A stretch of 64,000 bases of DNA, taken from Bryobacterales bacterium (GTDB lineage: Bacteria > Acidobacteriota > Terriglobia > Bryobacterales > Bryobacteraceae). Shown here piece by piece: positions 58,141-64,000 of the stretch (positions within the stretch are counted from its first letter, which is position 1; each line of letters starts with the position of its first letter). Below the pieces are notes generated by a model. The model was not told the origin of the DNA. It searched no databases and saw nothing but the letters and a program-made list of their open reading frames with translations. A program made the translations under genes and the position numbers. The stretch lies in contig JAPSFM010000002.1 in NCBI GenBank assembly GCA_035063885.1, positions 56,727 through 120,726 on the forward strand, read 5' to 3'.

Positions 58141-59928
58141 CTAATTCACCAGAACGGCGTTCCGCCGTTCTGGTGTCCAGTTCTCCTGCTTCATCCGGCC
58201 GGCAATGTGCATGACGAAATTCGCCGCCTGCCCGACGATACCCTTGGTGTGCGGCACGCGGTACATCGGCCGCTTCATTTCCGGATGCGCATCGGCAAAA
58301 GCGCGGCATTCTTCCACCGTCAAGCCCACTTTGTTCAATGTTTCCTGGAATTCCAGCTTGGCTTTGTTCTTCGCTTCGCCGAGCGCCATCTGCACACGGC
58401 TGTGCGCGTTGATTTCGCCTTCGCCGGAGGTTTCGATCGGCAGATAAATGATGTCTTTGAACGTGGAGACGACCGCGGCCTGAGCACCGTCGGATTGCGT
58501 GGAGGGCATGCACCCGAACGGCTTCAGCGATAACACCATGTGAGCGAGGTCTTTGTTTGAGTAATAGATGTTTTTCGCTACTTCAAGGTGCCCCTCGCCT
58601 CCGCCCGCGCGCGAGTTGTAGAACGGATGGCCCATGCGCTGCAACTCGTACTGATCGGCCAGATGATGCGCCAGTCCGCCCAACGCTTCTACAATGCGAT
58701 GATATTCGCGTTTGAAGATAGCTTCAGCGAGTTTCAGCTTGGCGACTTTGTTGCGAAACTCCCACTCGATCTTCGCGCGTTTGCCGATTTTCCAGACCGG
58801 CGGTAGGACTGCGCCTTCCTCCAGACCCTTCAGATCCCTATACTTTTGAATGACCTGGTGGATCATGTACATGATCCAGGTCCCGATCGGCTCCACCAGC
58901 ACCTGCGCGCCTTCCCGCTCGAGGAAACGGAACATGTTGAAGTTGCCGTCACCCTCGGTGGTCTGGGCCCAGAATTCGCCTGTAATCTTCACGATGGGCT
59001 TCACCCGGAGGCGGTCTACCTCAATTTCGTCGAAGCGGTCGCGGCAATGTTCGAGAGCGGCGGTGTAGTCATCGCCCTTCAACTGGTTCAGAAACTTGCC
59101 CATGTACTCGGCCGTGTCCCGGAAACCGCCGAGGAAGGATGACATCTTCCCGTCAAGCTTCCACGGCTGCTTGCCGCGGAACACCTCATGCATGTAGTCC
59201 ATTACCTGGTCGAGCCTGGAGTCGGTGGCTCCGGCTTCCACTTCGTAAGGCCTGATCTGGTAGGCAACTTCATTCAGCACGTCGCCGCAGTTCAGCGCGT
59301 TCAGAATGCCAAGGAAGAAGTCGAGGTTCATCTCGAGCCCGGCTTCCGCATCGGACTGGCTCAGTCCCCCGGACTGCTGGAACAGCAGCACGCGGAACCC
59401 GTCGAAGCCCGCATTGCGCAACGCCAGGCGGTACTCCGCTTCGTACATGCCGAAACGGCATGGTCCGCACGCGCCCGCGGTGAAGAACACATAGCGGTCT
59501 ATGATTTCCTGCTTGGGAACGCCCTGCTCTTCAAGTTGCTGGAGATACTGGACCAGGTTCCCGACTGTGAAATACGTGGGGTTGCACTGGCCGTTGTTGC
59601 CGTATTCTTTACCCAACTGGAATGCGGCGACGTTCGGTGTCGGGATGGTCTCCGCCAGATAGCCGAGACCTTCCAGCGCCCCGTGAACCAGCTTTTCGTG
59701 TTTCCAGGTCAGGCCGCCGAACAGCAGCGTAGTACGTCCGCGCTCGCTCTTCGTGAATGCGCGTTCCGCGGGGCGTTTGAAATGGTGGACGCCATGGTTC
59801 GCCAGCCCGGCCTCCCGTTCCAGTCGTGCCCGCTCCTCCGCCAGTCGTTGATGGATGATCTCTTCAATCGAACCCCGGACTTGAACGAGGTCCGGCGCAG
59901 GATTTCCATGAATTGGCTGAGTGCTCAT
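58141..59928 (-). CDS. 2-hydroxyacyl-CoA dehydratase / benzoyl-CoA reductase subunit-like (HGD-D/DUF2229, DCCP-like) protein
   Basis: ATG 59928 is preceded by GGGAGGGAG 6 nt upstream; the ORF-track start is 60048. Conserved Cys contexts GQCNPTYFTVG, AGACGPCRFGMYE, LKPFGCMPSTQSDG. Confidence 0.7.
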   Translation of the reverse strand: MSTQPIHGNPAPDLVQVRGSIEEIIHQRLAEERARLEREAGLANHGVHHFKRPAERAFTKSERGRTTLLFGGLTWKHEKLVHGALEGLGYLAETIPTPNVAAFQLGKEYGNNGQCNPTYFTVGNLVQYLQQLEEQGVPKQEIIDRYVFFTAGACGPCRFGMYEAEYRLALRNAGFDGFRVLLFQQSGGLSQSDAEAGLEMNLDFFLGILNALNCGDVLNEVAYQIRPYEVEAGATDSRLDQVMDYMHEVFRGKQPWKLDGKMSSFLGGFRDTAEYMGKFLNQLKGDDYTAALEHCRDRFDEIEVDRLRVKPIVKITGEFWAQTTEGDGNFNMFRFLEREGAQVLVEPIGTWIMYMIHQVIQKYRDLKGLEEGAVLPPVWKIGKRAKIEWEFRNKVAKLKLAEAIFKREYHRIVEALGGLAHHLADQYELQRMGHPFYNSRAGGGEGHLEVAKNIYYSNKDLAHMVLSLKPFGCMPSTQSDGAQAAVVSTFKDIIYLPIETSGEGEINAHSRVQMALGEAKNKAKLEFQETLNKVGLTVEECRAFADAHPEMKRPMYRVPHTKGIVGQAANFVMHIAGRMKQENWTPERRNAVLVN

Positions 59929-60123
59929 GTTGCTCCCTCCCGAGTGACAACGAATTATTGACCCAGACGACCGGGTGCCCAGAACCCAGCGCAGTTTGCC
60001 CACGGCCCGAAGCAATTTCCTGCCGGTGGCTCTGGCTTCGACGGACACCTCAAATCGGCAGGCGCCCGCAGAACGTCCGGATATAGCTCAACACGCAGTT
60101 TCAGTCAGTAACCCTATGAAATG

Positions 60124-60137
60124 AATGGAAATCCATT
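60124..60137. promoter_or_regulatory. Perfect palindrome AATGGA-AA-TCCATT in the AT-rich divergent promoter region
   Basis: Lies in the 341-nt gap between 59928 (- operon start) and 60270 (+ LysM gene). The local sequence ATGAAATGAATGGAAATCCATTAAATGG is the most AT-rich patch in the area. Confidence 0.25.
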
Positions 60138-60269
60138 AAATGGTGTGATTTAATCGCTGAAAGGACAAGACGGCGATTTACCGGGTTGGGCGGTTCCAGT
60201 ACTCATTTCCCGCTCAGAAGTGAGCAATTCTGCGTCCAACTTCAGGAGAAACCATCTCCAGGAAAAATC

Positions 60270-60704
60270 ATGGCAGACGACAAACAACAACGCACGCAGC
60301 AACTCAAGGAAAAGTACGGATCGGTGCTACGAGTGATCGAACAGCAAGGCGTCCGGCTGGAGAACGTTCACGTGGAGAATAACAAGCTGTTAATAAGGGG
60401 CGCCGCTCCGAGTGAAGATGCCAAGAACAAGGTTTGGGACCAGATCAAGCTGGTCGACCCTTCTTATTCCGACCTCACCTGCGATCTACGGGTCGAGCAG
60501 CGTGCCGGACAGGCGGCTGCGGCGGAACAGACGCAGGCTGCTGCGCAAACATATACAGTGCAAGCCGGAGACTCGTTGTCGAAAATCAGCAAGCAATTCT
60601 ACGGCGACGCGAACGCCTACATGCGCATTTTCGAAGCCAATCGCGATAAGCTGTCAGATCCAGACAAGATAAAGCCCGGGCAGCAGTTGACCATCCCCCA
60701 ATAG
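60270..60704 (+). CDS. BON-like + LysM domain protein (YgaU/Kbp-like)
   Basis: The C-terminal YTVQAGDSLSKISKQFYGDANAYMRIFEANRDKLSDPDKIKPGQQLTIP closely resembles the E. coli YgaU LysM domain. The N-terminal VRLENVHVENNKLLIRGAAPSEDAKNKVW looks BON-like. Start at MADDK (ATG 60270). Confidence 0.8.
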   Translation: MADDKQQRTQQLKEKYGSVLRVIEQQGVRLENVHVENNKLLIRGAAPSEDAKNKVWDQIKLVDPSYSDLTCDLRVEQRAGQAAAAEQTQAAAQTYTVQAGDSLSKISKQFYGDANAYMRIFEANRDKLSDPDKIKPGQQLTIPQ

Positions 60705-60712
60705 AGGGAGAC

Positions 60713-60729
60713 TTCGCGCCACGCGCGAA
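60713..60729 (+). terminator. Possible terminator hairpin after the LysM gene (no clear U-tract)
   Basis: TTCGCGC / CAC / GCGCGAA, a 7-bp stem 9 nt after the TAG stop. Confidence 0.3.
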
Positions 60730-60916
60730 CCGGTCCGGTTTAACAGGAATCGCGGCTACCACCGCCAATCGGGCGTATCGATAAACAACCCATACAGGGC
60801 GCGCTGACGAACGCCGTGCTGCACACGTCAGGAGGGCTACGGCGCCCGGCCCTGTAACCTCGGCAGCGCTACACTCGTTGTATGTAGATACGCTGTCGCG
60901 GAAGTTCGCTTCAACC

Positions 60917-61030
60917 GTCACGGCCGCTTCCCACGCACGCGGCTCAGGAAATCTTTTGATTATGAGCCGCGACGGCCAAGAGGCTGTGCGTATCGAACGA
61001 ATGTGGTGGACTTCGGAGACAGGACGCTAG
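60917..61030 (+). repeat. Copy B of the conserved intergenic element (partner at 46013-46103), immediately 5' of the RND permease gene
   Basis: GTCACGGCCGCTT...GCGGCTCAG[+25-nt insertion with TGAGCCGC]...ACGGC...ATCGAACGAATG...GGAGACAGGACGCTAG. Confidence 0.6.
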
Positions 61031-61045
61031 TTCGAAAGGCTTTTT

Positions 61046-64000
61046 GTGCGCTTATCCGAGATCTGCGTAAACCGGCCGGTGTTCGCCTTCATGCTGATCA
61101 TGTTCCTGGTCGTCATGGGGGTGTTCAGCTTCCTGCAACTTGGCGTCGATCTGTTCCCCAAAAGCGACGCCGCGACGGTGTATGTCAGGATGCGACTGCC
61201 CGGCGCGAGCCCCGAAGAGATGACCTCGCAGGTCGTGCTGCCGCTCGAGGAATCGATCGCCGCCATCAGCGGCATCGACGAAATGCGGGCCATCGTCTCC
61301 GAGGGGAATGCAAACATCATCGTCACTTTTGTGCTGGAACGCGATATCGGGGAAGCGGTGGAGGACGTTCGCGAAAAGGTCAGCGCCGCCGTTCGCAACC
61401 TGCCACCGAATATCCTTCCACCCGTGGTGGCGAAGGCAGACCCCGATTCCGACCCTGTCATCACGCTCGCCGTCAGTGGTGAGCGGCCCGTGCGGGAACT
61501 GACAGAGATCGCGGACAAGCAGATCCGGCGCGCCATCGAGACCGTGGATGGCGTGGGCGGCGTTGACATCAACGGAGGACAACTCCGGCAGATCAATGTT
61601 TATCTCGACATCAACAAGCTGAACGGTTACCAGTTCACGGCCCAGGATGTAGAGAACGCGATCCGCACGGAGAACATCGAAGCGCCCGGAGGCCGTATCG
61701 TCCGGGGTCCCACCGAAGTGGGCGTGCGCACAATGGGGCGCGTGGAGCGTGTCGCCGACTTTAACAACATCATCGTAAAAAACGTGGGCGGGGCGCCGAT
61801 TCGCATCCGGGACATAGGCTATGTGGAAGACGGGATGGCGGAAAAACGCACCTTTGCTTTCTACCAGGGCACGCCCGCCGTCGTTCTGGAGGTCCGCCGG
61901 CAAGTCGGCACGAACACCGTGAAGGTTGTGGACGGAATTCAGCACCGGCTGAAAGAAATCAAGGATCAGCTTCCGAGCGGCGTGTCCATCAACGTGGTAA
62001 AGGAACAGGCCACTTACATTAAAAATTCAGTAGCCGCTCTTGAAGAACACCTTCTGCTCGGCAGCCTGCTCGCCTCCTTCATCGTCTGGTTGTTCATTCG
62101 CGACTGGCGGACAGTTCTAATCAGTTCCATCGCCATTCCTACCTCCATCATTGCGACCTTCACGTTTATGCGCGCCATGGATTTCACTTTGAACTCCATG
62201 ACGTTGCTGGGGCTGACGCTGGCGGTAGGCATTGTCATTGATGACGCGATTATTGTGCTTGAAAATATTTACCGCCATGTCGAGGAACACGCGCTTCCAC
62301 CGATGGAAGCGGCCGTGAAGGCCACCAAAGAGATCGCGCTGGCGGTGATGGCGACAACGTTGTCGCTGGTCATTATCTTCGTTCCTATCGCTTTCATGAC
62401 GGGTTACGCACGCCGTTACATGAACCAGTTCGGATGGACCATGGCCATTTCGATTCTGGTATCGATGCTGGTGGCTTTCACGCTTACGCCTTCGCTGAGC
62501 TCACGGTTGCTGAAGCGCAGGGACCCGGCGAAAAGGGGTGGACACGAGGGCGGGCCTGGTCATAAGCACGGGTTTTTTGACAGGAACTATGTGCGCTTGC
62601 TCGACTGGTCTTTGACACACCGGTGGGTGGTGGTGGGCGTCGCGATTCTCACCTTTGCCTCCACTTTTTTCCTGGCGCGCTTTATCGGCCGCGACTGGAT
62701 GCCGCAGGACGACCAGAGTGAGTTGTCAGTTCATCTCGAACTGCCGGAAGGATCTTCGATTGAGGCGACGGAGAAACTGACGCTCGAAATTGCGAAGCGG
62801 ATTCAGCAGATCCCGGGTATTCGCGCGGTTGTGCCGGCTACATCGTCATTTCTGAACCGTGTGACCATGTCTTTCATCACGGTGCTGCTGGAACCGCAGG
62901 GCGAACGGGACGATATTCAGGCCATGGGACAGCAGGTGAGGGCGGTTCTGAGAGATTACCCCTATGCCAGGCCAAGGGTGTCCTTTCCGAACGTGCTGGG
63001 AGGGCGCGACACATTCTCGCCGATTCGTGCCCTGCTGCTCGGTCCCGACATGGACAAACTGGTCGAAATCGCCAAAGAAGTCAACGTCAAGCTCGCCGCA
63101 CAGCCTGAGGTGGCCGACATCAAGGTCAACCTCAATTTGAACAACCCCGAACTGCAGGTGGAAATCGACAGACAACTGGCTTCCGATCTGGGGGTGCGTG
63201 TCTCCGATGTCGCCAACGCCGTAAGGCTCCTGATGTCCGGTGAAGACGAAATCTCCACTTACAAGGAGGAGTCCGAACAGTACCCTGTTACGATGCGCCT
63301 GTTGCCGGGGCAACGTGACGACCCCGCGGTGCTAAGCCGTCTGCTCGTTCCCTCATCGCGTCTGGGACTGATCCGCCTGGACTCGGTGGCAACGCTTGAG
63401 CGGGGGCTCGGCCCCAGCCGTATCGACCGGTTTGCCCGCCAGTTTGCGATTGGTATTTACGGCAATATCGCGTCCGGGCATACGCTGGGTGAAGGCGCCG
63501 CGGTCACACAAAGGATCATCAACGAGGTTGGGCTGCCGCCAGGATACCGCCTGACTTTCTCCGGGCAGGTGAAAATTCTGGAAGAGACGACGATGAACAT
63601 GATTCTCGCATTCGCGCTCGCGTCGATCTTCATGTACATGGTGCTGGCGGCGCAGTTTGAAAGCCTGGCTCACCCCTTCATCATTCTGCTGACACTGCCC
63701 CTCTCCATTCCGTTCGCACTCATTTCGCTGATCGGCACCGGTAGAAGCCTGAACCTCTTCAGCGCGCTCGGTGTACTGCTGTTGCTGGGTATCGTTAAGA
63801 AGAACGGTATTCTGCAGATCGACTACATGAACCGGCTTCGCGACCAGGGGCGTCCCTTGCACGAAGCGATTCTCGAAGCCAATCGCATCCGGCTGCGGCC
63901 CATCCTCATGACAACATTTTCGATTATTGCGGGTCTGATCCCAACAGCCATCGGCATCGGCGCGGGCGCTTCACAGCGCTCGGCCATCGCTGTCACGATC
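61046..64000 (+). CDS. RND efflux transporter permease (AcrB/HAE family), 5' 985 codons; continues past window end
   Basis: Own translation from the GTG at 61046, the first start after the in-frame TAG at 61028-61030: (M)RLSEICVNRPVFAFMLIMFLVVMGVFSFLQLGVDLFP... The frame is open to base 64000 (...IPTAIGIGAGASQRSAIAVTI), so it is missing from the ORF track. AAAGG lies 6 nt upstream. Confidence 0.88.
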   Translation, partial: MRLSEICVNRPVFAFMLIMFLVVMGVFSFLQLGVDLFPKSDAATVYVRMRLPGASPEEMTSQVVLPLEESIAAISGIDEMRAIVSEGNANIIVTFVLERDIGEAVEDVREKVSAAVRNLPPNILPPVVAKADPDSDPVITLAVSGERPVRELTEIADKQIRRAIETVDGVGGVDINGGQLRQINVYLDINKLNGYQFTAQDVENAIRTENIEAPGGRIVRGPTEVGVRTMGRVERVADFNNIIVKNVGGAPIRIRDIGYVEDGMAEKRTFAFYQGTPAVVLEVRRQVGTNTVKVVDGIQHRLKEIKDQLPSGVSINVVKEQATYIKNSVAALEEHLLLGSLLASFIVWLFIRDWRTVLISSIAIPTSIIATFTFMRAMDFTLNSMTLLGLTLAVGIVIDDAIIVLENIYRHVEEHALPPMEAAVKATKEIALAVMATTLSLVIIFVPIAFMTGYARRYMNQFGWTMAISILVSMLVAFTLTPSLSSRLLKRRDPAKRGGHEGGPGHKHGFFDRNYVRLLDWSLTHRWVVVGVAILTFASTFFLARFIGRDWMPQDDQSELSVHLELPEGSSIEATEKLTLEIAKRIQQIPGIRAVVPATSSFLNRVTMSFITVLLEPQGERDDIQAMGQQVRAVLRDYPYARPRVSFPNVLGGRDTFSPIRALLLGPDMDKLVEIAKEVNVKLAAQPEVADIKVNLNLNNPELQVEIDRQLASDLGVRVSDVANAVRLLMSGEDEISTYKEESEQYPVTMRLLPGQRDDPAVLSRLLVPSSRLGLIRLDSVATLERGLGPSRIDRFARQFAIGIYGNIASGHTLGEGAAVTQRIINEVGLPPGYRLTFSGQVKILEETTMNMILAFALASIFMYMVLAAQFESLAHPFIILLTLPLSIPFALISLIGTGRSLNLFSALGVLLLLGIVKKNGILQIDYMNRLRDQGRPLHEAILEANRIRLRPILMTTFSIIAGLIPTAIGIGAGASQRSAIAVTI

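Noticed and set aside
60705-61045. SRP RNA or RNase P RNA in the 341-nt gap
   Set aside because: The SRP domain IV core (GGAAGCAGC-type motif) and the RNase P conserved regions are absent. Only generic GC-rich inverted repeats are present.

Overview
GC-rich (about 60% by eye), densely coding 64-kb chromosomal segment with about 50 CDS, one tmRNA and one tRNA. The gene content (CarboxypepD_reg-type TonB receptor, DUF5107-TPR giant, many secreted TPR/M16/LolA-like proteins) suggests an Acidobacteriota genome, possibly Solibacter/Bryobacter-like; this placement is inference only. Most of the window is core housekeeping: ssrA (tag ANQQFAYAA), tRNA-Lys(UUU), rnr, leuS, trpS, fumC, metY, nfo, a cold-shock gene, homoserine dehydrogenase, and a fadN-fadA-fadE beta-oxidation operon. 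It also carries a MacAB-like ABC exporter with two tandem TlpA-like paralogues, an M16 peptidase pair, and MFS and RND efflux genes. I saw no transposases, integrases, prophage genes, CRISPR arrays or recognisable defence genes, so this looks like an ordinary core region rather than an accessory island. Four things remain unexplained by the annotation. (1) A roughly 90-115 nt conserved element occurs twice, each time directly upstream of an efflux-transporter gene, and each copy ends in a mini-ORF. (2) An orphan 714-aa protein with no recognisable motif lies next to ssrA. (3) A double BcrAD-type ATPase plus a 2-hydroxyacyl-CoA-dehydratase-like (DCCP-like) pair and a deoxyhypusine-synthase-like gene sit at the head of the fad operon. 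(4) A translationally coupled cluster (PF04008-like / SDR / DapA-like) runs into metY. All functional calls rest on reading motifs in the supplied translations; no database search was run.
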